64,000 bases of DNA from an uncultured Clostridia bacterium (GTDB lineage Bacteria; Bacillota; Clostridia; Oscillospirales; Ruminococcaceae). Under the pieces are notes generated by a model. The model was not told the origin of the DNA and did no database searches. It was given only the letters and a program-made list of their open reading frames with translations. The stretch is from contig CALXGT010000057.1 in NCBI GenBank assembly GCA_944387915.1, positions 9,990 through 73,989 of the forward strand, in the 5' to 3' direction. This document shows positions 18,913-27,351 of the stretch, in pieces. Each line of letters begins with the position of its first letter. The first letter of the stretch is position 1. A program made the position numbers and the translations under genes.

Positions 18913-19389
18913 ATGGATATTTCATTTGAAGTTAATGGTGGAAAGTTTAATTATCGTGTATGCGCTATGATGATAAACCATGATAAGATATTGGCCATGC
19001 ATGACGAACGCTCACCGTATTATTATTTACCAGGCGGTCGTGTGAAGATGGGAGAAACTGCTGAACAGGCAGTTGTTCGAGAAGTTCGAGAAGAATTAGG
19101 GATTACCCCTAAAATTATTCGTCCGTTATGGCTTAACCAAGCATTTTTCAAAGAAGATGTTGATGGCTTGAATTATCACGAATTATGTGTTTATTTTCTT
19201 ATGGATATTACAGACACCGATTTATTGAGCAAAGGCAGCAAGTTTTTCCTGAAAGAGGGAGATTGTCGCCATGATTTTGAGTGGCTTGAATTTAAGCGAT
19301 TAGAAGACGAGTATTTTTACCCATTATTTCTAAAAAAAGAAATATACAATTTGCCTTCGACATCCACAATCAGAACGGAACAAGAATGA
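18913..19389 (+). CDS. NUDIX hydrolase
   Basis: Nudix box GGRVKMGETAEQAVVREVREELGI. ATG 18913 lies behind AGGTG and is preferred over the track start at 18880. Confidence 0.85.
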   Translation: MDISFEVNGGKFNYRVCAMMINHDKILAMHDERSPYYYLPGGRVKMGETAEQAVVREVREELGITPKIIRPLWLNQAFFKEDVDGLNYHELCVYFLMDITDTDLLSKGSKFFLKEGDCRHDFEWLEFKRLEDEYFYPLFLKKEIYNLPSTSTIRTEQE

Positions 19390-19432
19390 ACTTGATAAAT
19401 TCGCATATCTCTTTTTGTAAAATGACAATAAA

Positions 19433-19475
19433 GAGCGAACAGATTCCTATACCTGTCCGCTCTTTATTTATGAAT
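19433..19475 (+). terminator. Rho-independent terminator after the NUDIX gene
   Basis: agagcgaacag ... ctgtccgctct stem (10/11 bp) followed by a T-rich tract. Confidence 0.55.
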
Positions 19476-19786
19476 CATGAAAAGTGTTGCCAAATCGTTG
19501 CCACAGAGGGCCTTAACCTCTCAAAAGCCCAGTTATATCAGGCTTTTTGGGCTTCTGAAATTATTCGAACTCGACAAATCCTAATCAATTTTGTTTATAG
19601 ATAATTCGTTTCTATTCTTCAGATTGTTTTGATTACCCATATTACCTTAGTTATACGATGGATGGTTGTCAAAATCTTATCAACGTTGATAGACTGCGGA
19701 GGGCAGTTCGGGAAAGTCCCGTCGGGCGGTTGTCCATTCGAAAGCATATGTGATAGCGTAGAAAACGGGAAAATTCAATAAACTCT

Positions 19787-19815
19787 TTGAAAAATTAACT
19801 TTTTTATGTTATAAT
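19787..19815 (+). promoter_or_regulatory. Near-consensus extended -10 sigma-A promoter upstream of the leader ORF and ABC exporter
   Basis: TTGAAA (19787-19792), 17 nt spacer, TGtTATAAT (19807-19815). Confidence 0.65.
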
Positions 19816-19864
19816 TTGTATTATAATATATAATATAGTATTTTTACTTTTGAAGGTGTTTCTT

Positions 19865-19891
19865 ATGGTAAAGCGTCGTATGTCCTTCTAA
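19865..19891 (+). CDS. Candidate regulatory leader peptide MVKRRMSF
   Basis: ATG sits 6 nt after GAAGGTG (19852-19858). Eight codons then TAA. The last three codons and the stop lie inside attenuator segment 1. Confidence 0.5.
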   Translation: MVKRRMSF

Positions 19892-19944
19892 ACGATAGAA
19901 GGAAAAACTAAATATCCTTCTATCGCTTCAAAAGCATAGGAGGA
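19883..19944 (+). promoter_or_regulatory. Four-segment translational attenuator sequestering the ABC exporter RBS
   Basis: Seg1 tccttcta (19883-90), seg2 cgatagaagga (19893-903), seg3 tccttctatcg (19915-25), seg4 ataggagga (19936-44, contains the GGAGG SD). Pairings: 1:2 = 8 bp, 2:3 = 11 bp, 3:4 = 9 bp with one G-U. No U-run follows 3:4. Confidence 0.6.
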
Positions 19945-19948
19945 AAAT

Positions 19949-21547
19949 ATGAAAAAATATATAAAACAAAATCGGTCTTACTTTATAGGCGCCTTGTGCT
20001 GCACTTTGGTAAGTTCTGTTTTTGCGGTCATTTTGCAGTTCTTTAAAGGCGATGTGCTTGACTATGCAGTTGCCGGGCAGATGAGCAACACAGTGAAATA
20101 TGCGGTGCTGCTGATAGGTTTTATTCTTCTTGAGGTGTTTTTCTATTTTTGCTACAGACGATTTCTTGCAAAATTTGTGGTTGGATGCACAAAGTCATTG
20201 AAACAAGATATTTTCAAGAGTATCTTAGAAAGAAGCTATGTTGAGTATAAAGAAATACCTCAAGGTGAGTATATTTCCAAATATACGGTGGAAGCGGATG
20301 CCATTAAAGGAAGATATTTTGATATGTGGCTCTCCTTTTGTGAGATCGTGTTCAAAATTATCTTTGTTGCCGCAGCATTGTTGATATTGGATTGGCGAAT
20401 TGCAATTATCACACTTGTTCTGCTCACAACCCCTTTGTATATTCCGAAGCTAATCGAGAAACGGCTGCAAAAGGCACAAACTGCTTGTATGGAGGCAACA
20501 GCAGATCATTTGTCAAAGATAAACGATTGGCTGTCAGGCTTTGAAATTGTTAAAAACTTTTCTATCGAACAAACAATCATAGATAAGTTTGAAAAAAGCA
20601 ACGATTTCACAATGTCCAAATCGCTTTATGACGCACAGTTAAGCGCGGTAGCACAGCTCATTACTACCTTGATTTCGTATCTTTCGTATTTTTTGGTTTT
20701 GGTATGTGCTACATGGCTTGTTCTTCGCAGAGAGTTTTCCCCAGGTGATTTCTTTATTGCCATCGGAATGATTGACCAGCTGTCCTATCCGTTGATTTCT
20801 TTGGCACAAATAATTCGCTTGCTGGTATCTGTCAAACCTACCTGCGAAGGGATGGAAGAATTTCTTTCTTACTCTGATAAAACAAAACAAGTTGGTTTGA
20901 AATCGTTTGACAAGGAAATATGCTTTCAGGGTGTAACCTTTGGTTATGAAGCATCGCGGGCGGTTTTGAACGACGTCAATTTCAGAATGGAAAAAGGCAA
21001 ACGGTATTTGTTTTGCGGCCCCAGCGGATGCGGTAAGACAACGGCGATCAATCTTTTGCTGCGATATTTTGATGTTAAGAAAGGGCAGATTTTGATTGAT
21101 GGCAAGTCTGTTTCCGATTATACAAACACATATGCATGCATCACTGTTTTACGGCAGGACGCCGTTCTTTTCCGTGATACCCTTAGAAACAATCTAACCA
21201 TGTACAGAGATGTCGAAGATGAAGAACTTATCCGTTTGCTTGTAAAGCTGGGACTTGAAAAATATGCCAACGCAGCATCGCTGGATACGCTTATGGAAGA
21301 AAATGGCAGCAATCTTTCCGGCGGCGAGCGTAAACGAGTATGCCTTGCCCGAGCACTCTTAAGGGATACGGATATTCTGATTCTTGATGAACCGTTGGCA
21401 AATTTGGATACTGAGACCGCCCAGCGAATTGAAGACCTCATATTTTCTATTGATGGCCGAACAATAATTGTTGTTTCACACCAATTCAGCGATAATAAAG
21501 TGTGTCAATTTGATCGTGTAATAAATTTTGCAATGCTACACGACTAA
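19949..21547 (+). CDS. ABC transporter, fused permease/ATP-binding half-transporter (type I exporter)
   Basis: 532 aa. N-terminal 6-TM domain. Walker A GPSGCGKTT, signature LSGGERKR, Walker B ILILDEP, H-loop VVSHQ. Confidence 0.9.
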   Translation: MKKYIKQNRSYFIGALCCTLVSSVFAVILQFFKGDVLDYAVAGQMSNTVKYAVLLIGFILLEVFFYFCYRRFLAKFVVGCTKSLKQDIFKSILERSYVEYKEIPQGEYISKYTVEADAIKGRYFDMWLSFCEIVFKIIFVAAALLILDWRIAIITLVLLTTPLYIPKLIEKRLQKAQTACMEATADHLSKINDWLSGFEIVKNFSIEQTIIDKFEKSNDFTMSKSLYDAQLSAVAQLITTLISYLSYFLVLVCATWLVLRREFSPGDFFIAIGMIDQLSYPLISLAQIIRLLVSVKPTCEGMEEFLSYSDKTKQVGLKSFDKEICFQGVTFGYEASRAVLNDVNFRMEKGKRYLFCGPSGCGKTTAINLLLRYFDVKKGQILIDGKSVSDYTNTYACITVLRQDAVLFRDTLRNNLTMYRDVEDEELIRLLVKLGLEKYANAASLDTLMEENGSNLSGGERKRVCLARALLRDTDILILDEPLANLDTETAQRIEDLIFSIDGRTIIVVSHQFSDNKVCQFDRVINFAMLHD

Positions 21548-21579
21548 ATAGCGATTTTCGTTCCACAATTACCCAAAAG

Positions 21580-21621
21580 GCCGCCCGCGTGAACAATCAC
21601 ATGGGCGGTTATCTCGTTTTT
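21580..21621 (+). terminator. Probable terminator after the ABC exporter
   Basis: ggccgccc ... gggcgg imperfect hairpin followed by ttatctcgTTTTT. Confidence 0.45.
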
Positions 21622-21774
21622 ATATCAATTTGGACTGTATGACCCGAGAATATTCCTGCTTGTCTAAATGATATGATTTTCATCTGACACACATCCTGCC
21701 TAAGCTTACTATATAAGATTGCAATTTGCTTAACAAGTATGCAAAAGCTTTCAAAGGTATTATAAGACAGAGGA

Positions 21775-21810
21775 AAAAAGGACTCTGATTTTTCGTCAGA
21801 GCCCCTCCAT
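21775..21810 (-). terminator. Rho-independent terminator on the minus strand, about 160 nt downstream of the guaA stop
   Basis: Minus strand reads ggctctga-cgaaaaa-tcagagtcc followed by TTTTTT. Confidence 0.6.
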
Positions 21811-21968
21811 TACTCATTTTTCAGTTTCGCCGCAAAGCTACTTATAACAATTTCATCTGCTGCAAAACTTTTTGTGCGTGATGTGTTGCAACAGTGTTGC
21901 AATACGGATAGGCGATTTAAGCTGTACCCGCAAACCCGCATAAATACTGGGTTTGAGACTTTTTCAAT

Positions 21969-23507
21969 TTATTCCCACTCCACGGTTCCCGGGGGTTTCG
22001 AAGTAATGTCATACACCACCCGATTGACGTGTGTCACTTCATTGATAATCCGATTGGAAACCCTTCCCAAAATCTCATAAGGGATCTTTGCCCAGTCCGC
22101 CGTCATAAAGTCGTCCGTGGTCACGGCACGGATGGCGATCAGCTCATCGTAGGTTCGGGCGTCTCCCATAACCCCTACCGTCTTGACTCCCGGAAGTACC
22201 GCAAAGAACTGGCTCATTTGGGACTCGTAACCGCAGCGGCTCATCTCGTCTCGAAGCACCGCATCGGCGTCCTGCAATATCTTGACCCGTTCCGCATTGA
22301 TCTCGCCAATGATACGAACGCCAAGTCCCGGTCCCGGGAAAGGCTGACGCCAAACCAGCTCGTGGGGCAATCCCAACATCTCGCCTACCTTGCGCACCTC
22401 GTCCTTAAACAGATCCTTAAGGGGCTCTACCACGCCTTTAAATTGAACCTCGTCCGTGATCTTGACCTGGTTATGGTGAGTTTTAATCACCGCGGCGTCC
22501 CCTTTTCCGCTCTCAATGCGGTCGGGGTAAATGGTTCCCTGGGCGAAAAAGCCATCGCCGTAGTTTTCCTTGATTTTTTGAGAAAATACCCGATAGAACT
22601 CTTCTCCGATCACTTTCCGCTTTTGTTCCGGATCGGTAATCCCCTTGAGCTTTTCGTAAAACACATCCTGGCAATTCACCCGGACAAAATTCATATCAAA
22701 CAGCTTGGTGAAGGTCTCTTCGACGTAATCACCCTCGTCTTTTCTCATCAGCCCCTGATCTACGAAAACGCAGGTGAGCTGTTTTCCTACCGCACGGCTA
22801 ATCAAAGCGGCAGCCACCGAGGAATCCACCCCTCCGGAAAGGCCCAAAACCACGCCGCTGTCGCCGATCTCACGACGGATCTCGGCCACCGTCTTCTCGA
22901 TGAAGTCTTCCATCGTCCAGCTTCCTTCACACCCGCAGGCCTCATACAAAAAGGCGCGAAGCATCTCCTTGCCGTACTCGGTGTGATTGACCTCGGGGTG
23001 GAACTGAACCCCATAAAACTTCTTCTCTTTCCATTCCATAGCGGCTACAGGACATACCGCCGTCTTCGCCGTAACGGTAAAGCCTTCCGGAACGGCGCTG
23101 ATGTAATCCCCATGGCTCATCCAGGAAATTCCCTTCTCCTTGGAAAACAAAAGAGAGGAACAGTCGTATTCCGTCTCGGTTTTTCCATACTCCCTCGCCG
23201 AAGCGTCAGAAGCGGGAGAAACGGTTCCGCCAAGAAGATACGCCATCAGCTGACAGCCGTAGCAGATTCCCAAAACCGGAATCCCCAACTCGAAAATTTC
23301 CTTGGAAATATGGGGGGACGAAGGATCGTATACACTATTGGGACCGCCGGTAAAGATAATCCCCTTGGGATGAACCTCTTTGACCCGGGCTAACCCCTCG
23401 GTGTAAGGGACAATCTCGCAATACACATTATTTTCTCTGACCCGGCGAGCAATCAGCTGGTTATACTGACCGCCAAAATCAATGACCAAAACAATCTCTT
23501 GGTTCAT
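21969..23507 (-). CDS. guaA: GMP synthase (glutamine-hydrolysing)
   Basis: 512 aa. GATase block [12 protein letters not shown]-loop [12 protein letters not shown]-terminal ...PPGTVEWE. Confidence 0.97.
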   Translation of the reverse strand: MNQEIVLVIDFGGQYNQLIARRVRENNVYCEIVPYTEGLARVKEVHPKGIIFTGGPNSVYDPSSPHISKEIFELGIPVLGICYGCQLMAYLLGGTVSPASDASAREYGKTETEYDCSSLLFSKEKGISWMSHGDYISAVPEGFTVTAKTAVCPVAAMEWKEKKFYGVQFHPEVNHTEYGKEMLRAFLYEACGCEGSWTMEDFIEKTVAEIRREIGDSGVVLGLSGGVDSSVAAALISRAVGKQLTCVFVDQGLMRKDEGDYVEETFTKLFDMNFVRVNCQDVFYEKLKGITDPEQKRKVIGEEFYRVFSQKIKENYGDGFFAQGTIYPDRIESGKGDAAVIKTHHNQVKITDEVQFKGVVEPLKDLFKDEVRKVGEMLGLPHELVWRQPFPGPGLGVRIIGEINAERVKILQDADAVLRDEMSRCGYESQMSQFFAVLPGVKTVGVMGDARTYDELIAIRAVTTDDFMTADWAKIPYEILGRVSNRIINEVTHVNRVVYDITSKPPGTVEWE

Positions 23508-23518
23508 ACCTTCCTCCC

Positions 23519-24811
23519 TTACTGGATCTCAATATACTGATCCCGCTCCGGTCCCACAGAAAGGTAGCGGATCTTACAGCCAACCGCTTTTTCTAAGTAA
23601 CGGACGTAATCTTTTGTCTCTTGGGGCAAATCCTCAAATTTCCGAATCCCCGAAATATCCGTTTTCCATCCGGGAAGGTACTCTACCACCGGTTTCGCGG
23701 TGTCCAGCGCCTCTCCCATGGGGAAACGATCGGTTAAAGTTCCGTCGGACAGCTCATATTTGGGGATCACCGGAATTTGATCCATATATCCCAGTACATC
23801 CAAAAGGGTCAGCGCCAGTTCATCGGCGCCCTGGCACATCACGCCGTACCGGCTGGCAACGACATCGAAGGGGCCTACCCGGCGGGGACGTCCGGTAGCG
23901 GCGCCGTATTCATGCCCTACCTCGCGAAGCTTATCCTTTTCTTCCTCGGTCATTCCCAATTCCGCGGCAAAGGGACCTTCACCGACGCAGGAGGAATACG
24001 CCTTCATAATTCCGATGGATTTATCCAGTTTCCGTCCGGGAAGACCGCTTCCAATAGGAGCGTACGCGCCGATGACGTTAGAACTGGTGGAATAGGGATA
24101 GATACCGAAATCTACATCCCGCAAAGCGCCAAGCTGGGCTTCGAACAGGATCTTCTTTCCTTCCCGATCCGCATCATCCAGATACGCGCCGGCATCACAG
24201 ATATAGTCCTTGAAGGTTTCGGCGTGACGCTGGCACCATGCCCACATCTCTTCCAGATCCACGGGATCGGCATGGTAAACGTTCTCCATAATCAGGTTTT
24301 TCGACTCCACAATGGTCGCAAGCCGCGATTTCACCGCATCGTCCAAATGGAGCAGATCCCCCATCCGAAGGGTCTTTTTCATATATTTATCGCCGTAAAC
24401 ATAGGCAATACCTCTCTGGGTAGAACCAAACTGGGCGCCGGTTTTAGAGAGACGAATTTCCTCAAGGCGATCCTGCAGCACGTGAAACGGCATACAAATG
24501 GTGGCCCGATCCGAAATCTTTAGATTATCGGGGGTAATTTCAATTCCCTTTTCCCGAAGGGAGCGAATCTCGTTGGTGAGGTGATCCGGATCAATGACCA
24601 TTCCGTTTCCCATCACACAAGCCACGTCGGGACGCAAAATTCCGGAAGGAAGCAAATTTAATACAAACTTTCCCTTGGGATTTTTTACAGTATGACCCGC
24701 GTTATTGCCTCCCTGATAGCGAACAACAATATCGTATTCCTCGCTTAACAGGTCCACCATACGGCCTTTTCCTTCGTCGCCCCAGTTGATACCGGTTACT
24801 GCAGTCAACAT
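23519..24811 (-). CDS. purA: Adenylosuccinate synthetase
   Basis: [34 protein letters not shown] motifs. Lies 11 nt upstream of guaA. Confidence 0.97.
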   Translation of the reverse strand: MLTAVTGINWGDEGKGRMVDLLSEEYDIVVRYQGGNNAGHTVKNPKGKFVLNLLPSGILRPDVACVMGNGMVIDPDHLTNEIRSLREKGIEITPDNLKISDRATICMPFHVLQDRLEEIRLSKTGAQFGSTQRGIAYVYGDKYMKKTLRMGDLLHLDDAVKSRLATIVESKNLIMENVYHADPVDLEEMWAWCQRHAETFKDYICDAGAYLDDADREGKKILFEAQLGALRDVDFGIYPYSTSSNVIGAYAPIGSGLPGRKLDKSIGIMKAYSSCVGEGPFAAELGMTEEEKDKLREVGHEYGAATGRPRRVGPFDVVASRYGVMCQGADELALTLLDVLGYMDQIPVIPKYELSDGTLTDRFPMGEALDTAKPVVEYLPGWKTDISGIRKFEDLPQETKDYVRYLEKAVGCKIRYLSVGPERDQYIEIQ

Positions 24812-24895
24812 AGTATTTCATCCTTTCAACAAACCATCTTTGGTTTTGCATCCGGCGCCGTTACTCAACGAATCAAGGCGCCAAAAGCCTTTTCC

Positions 24896-24924
24896 ATTAT
24901 ATCTTTTTTCTTTGGGAGTGTCAA
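24896..24924 (-). promoter_or_regulatory. Consensus sigma-A promoter for purA-guaA
   Basis: Minus strand: TTGACA (24924-24919), 17 nt spacer, TATAAT (24901-24896). Confidence 0.6.
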
Positions 24925-24925
24925 T

Positions 24926-24970
24926 AAAATCAACAAATTTCAAGGGTGACCGGAATCCCGGCCACCCTTG
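24926..24970 (-). terminator. Rho-independent terminator ending the paaK-ior-paaK-ACT operon
   Basis: Minus strand: caagggtggccgg-gatt-ccggtcacccttg long hairpin, then a T-rich tract. Confidence 0.65.
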
Positions 24971-24982
24971 GCAACTCGACAG

Positions 24983-25414
24983 TTACATATCGTAAATTTC
25001 CTTGCTGGATACTAAAGTAACACCGGCGTCGAGAAGAATTTTAATCGCCGCCTCGTTATTCTCCACTCTCAAAATTACGAAAGCGGAATCAAACTCTTTA
25101 GAGACAAATGCATACATGTACTCTACATTGATGCCATGATCGGAAAGAATCCGAATGGGTTTGGCAAGCCCGCCGGGTTTATCCTCAATCTTAATGGTCA
25201 AAACCTCGGTAAGAGCTACCGTACAATGATTTTCCCTTAAGATGATGGCCGCTTTCTCCGGATCGTTGACAATCAGCCGTAAGATCCCGAAATCCTTGGT
25301 GTCCGCAACGCAAAGGGCGCGGATATCGATGTTCTCCTTTGCCAGAATATCGGCAATGTCCGCCAGGCGGCCCTTGGTGTTTTCTACAAAAATGGAAAGC
25401 TGTTTAATAATCAT
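24983..25414 (-). CDS. ACT domain-containing protein (tandem ACT)
   Basis: 143 aa. MIIKQLSIFVENTKGRLADIADILAKENIDIRAL... repeated in the second half (IKIEDKPGGLAKPIRILSDHGINVEY). Confidence 0.85.
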   Translation of the reverse strand: MIIKQLSIFVENTKGRLADIADILAKENIDIRALCVADTKDFGILRLIVNDPEKAAIILRENHCTVALTEVLTIKIEDKPGGLAKPIRILSDHGINVEYMYAFVSKEFDSAFVILRVENNEAAIKILLDAGVTLVSSKEIYDM

Positions 25415-25431
25415 AGTACTCTTCCTTTCCG

Positions 25432-26736
25432 TTAATCGATCAATTTCCGTTTATCAATAACGCGGACAGCCTTGCCTTCGCTTCTGGCGATGGTCTTCGG
25501 CTCTACCAGCTTCACCCGGACATAAATGCCAAGCATCGCCCGCATCGCATCCACCAGCTCTTTTTCCCGATTGGTGATATCGGCGACCGTACCGGAGAAG
25601 GCTTCCGGCATCATCTCTACCTGAACCTCGATGGTGTCGCTGTGGTTGACGCGGTCCACTAAGATCTGATAGTTGGCGGCGTAGCCCTTGTTCAGCAGCA
25701 CCGTTTCAATCTGGGAGGGGAATACGTTAACGCCCTTGACAATGAGCATATCGTCGCTTCTGCCCATCGGCTTGCTCATTTTCACATGGGTTCTGCCGCA
25801 GGAGCATTTTTCGTGAGACAGCACACAGATATCTCTGGTGCGGTACCGTAAAAGCGGGAAGGCTTCCTTGCTGATGCTCGTGAAGACCAGCTCGCCCTTT
25901 TCTCCATCGGGAAGTACCTCTCCGGTCACCGGGTCGATAATCTCCGCGATAAAGTGGTCCTCGTTGATGTGCATACCGGTTTGTTCCTCACATTCAAAGG
26001 AAACGCCGGGGCCGGAAATTTCCGTCAATCCATAGATATCGTAAGCCTTGATGCCAAGTTTTTCTTCGATATCCCGGCGCATTTCCTGGGTCCAGGCTTC
26101 CGCGCCGAAGATGCCGGCTTTCAGATGGATCTGATCTCTCAGTCCCCGCTCATAGATAGATTCCGCAAGATAGGCGGCGTAAGAAGGGGTGCAGCATAAA
26201 ATGGTGGAATGCAAATCGATCATAAACTGAATCTGACGGTCGGTATTTCCGGAGGACATAGGAAGCGTTAAGCATCCTACCTTATGAGACCCGCCGTTTA
26301 AACCGGGACCGCCGGTAAAAAGACCATAGCCATAGCAGACATGCACCACGTCGTCTTTGGTGCCTCCCGCCGCAACGATGGCTCTGGCGCAGCACTCATC
26401 CCAAAGATCGATGTCGTGCTGGGTGTAAAAGGCGACCACTCTTCTTCCGGTGGTGCCGGAGGTGGACTGAATCCGGACACAGTCACTTAACGGCGCAGCC
26501 AAAAGCCCGTAGGGGTAAGCGTCCCGAAGATCGTCCTTGGTCAAAAACGGAAGCTTACGTAAATCCTCAAGAGATTTGATGTCGTCGGGAGTTACGCCTT
26601 TTTGCTCCATGAGATTCCGGTAATACGGAACATTCTGATACACCCGATGTACCGTGTCAATGAGCCGCTTTGTCTGAAGTTCCCTTAGTTGCTCGCGAGG
26701 CATACACTCTACAGCCTGATTGAAATACTTTCCCAT
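25432..26736 (-). CDS. paaK: Phenylacetate-CoA ligase family (PaaK-like adenylate-forming enzyme), paralog 2
   Basis: 434 aa. SSGTTG-type P-loop (QSTSGTTGRRV), YGLTE, RYRTRD, and SDDMLIVKGVNVFPSQIE motifs. Confidence 0.9.
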   Translation of the reverse strand: MGKYFNQAVECMPREQLRELQTKRLIDTVHRVYQNVPYYRNLMEQKGVTPDDIKSLEDLRKLPFLTKDDLRDAYPYGLLAAPLSDCVRIQSTSGTTGRRVVAFYTQHDIDLWDECCARAIVAAGGTKDDVVHVCYGYGLFTGGPGLNGGSHKVGCLTLPMSSGNTDRQIQFMIDLHSTILCCTPSYAAYLAESIYERGLRDQIHLKAGIFGAEAWTQEMRRDIEEKLGIKAYDIYGLTEISGPGVSFECEEQTGMHINEDHFIAEIIDPVTGEVLPDGEKGELVFTSISKEAFPLLRYRTRDICVLSHEKCSCGRTHVKMSKPMGRSDDMLIVKGVNVFPSQIETVLLNKGYAANYQILVDRVNHSDTIEVQVEMMPEAFSGTVADITNREKELVDAMRAMLGIYVRVKLVEPKTIARSEGKAVRVIDKRKLID

Positions 26737-26764
26737 CTTTCATTATCCTTTCCGATAGATTTCT

Positions 26765-27337
26765 TTACGCTTTTTGCCCCAGGGCAAACGCTTTTTTATT
26801 CATATCCAGGAATTTCTTCGGCACATAGGTATCGATCGCTTTCTGCCAGGATTCCTCGGAAAAGCCCATAAACTTGGACGCAAGACCCATAAGTACTACA
26901 TTGGTCGCCTTGCTGCTTCCCGCCTCTTCCGCTAAGGAAAGGGCGTCGATCACCGTAACATCCGCGCCAGCAGCCGCAAGCTTTTCCTCAATCCCCTCGG
27001 GGTAAACCGCGGCGCCGGTAATCACCGGCATAGGAGCCATTTTTTGCCCGTTGACCAGAAGCTTTCCGCCTTTCTTTAAGTAGGAAAGCCATCTCGCCGC
27101 TTCCAACAACTCGAAAGAGATAATAACGTCGGCTTCCCCTTCATTGATTACCGGGGAATAAACCGGCTCGTCGCCGAATTTTACATAAGTCACTACCGAA
27201 CCGCCCCGCTGGGACATACCGTGGACCTCGGAAACCTTGACGTCGTAACCCGCGTCCATCGCGACGCCGCCCAAAAGCCGGCTGGCAAGCAACGTTCCCT
27301 GGCCGCCGACGCCTACAATCATAATGCTCTTTTTCAT
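26765..27337 (-). CDS. iorB: Indolepyruvate:ferredoxin oxidoreductase, beta subunit
   Basis: MKKSIMIVGVGGQGTLLASRLLG... Sits 14 nt after the iorA stop. The track ORF is 24 codons too long at the 5' end. Confidence 0.9.
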   Translation of the reverse strand: MKKSIMIVGVGGQGTLLASRLLGGVAMDAGYDVKVSEVHGMSQRGGSVVTYVKFGDEPVYSPVINEGEADVIISFELLEAARWLSYLKKGGKLLVNGQKMAPMPVITGAAVYPEGIEEKLAAAGADVTVIDALSLAEEAGSSKATNVVLMGLASKFMGFSEESWQKAIDTYVPKKFLDMNKKAFALGQKA

Positions 27338-27351
27338 GCCCTTCCCCTCCT

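Noticed and set aside
19386-19604. 72-aa ORF overlapping the NUDIX stop (ATGA), which looked like a coupled small gene
   Set aside because: It contains the NUDIX gene's terminator hairpin (19433-19475) and further hairpins. It has no SD and an implausible composition.
22029-23393. 454-aa plus-strand ORF opposite guaA, and similar long antisense ORFs (36990..38156, 47871..48890, 50684..51991, 52765..53814, 54836..56041, 27736..28326)
   Set aside because: All lie fully inside strongly supported genes on the other strand. Their translations are low-complexity and Arg/Gly/His-rich, with no motifs. This is typical of stop-depleted antisense frames in mid-GC coding DNA.
24812-24982. Looked for a purine riboswitch upstream of purA-guaA
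   Set aside because: The ~85-nt leader after the consensus promoter lacks the conserved purine-riboswitch junction sequences I know (e.g. the UAUAAUC...GGAUAUGG core). No three-way junction is evident.
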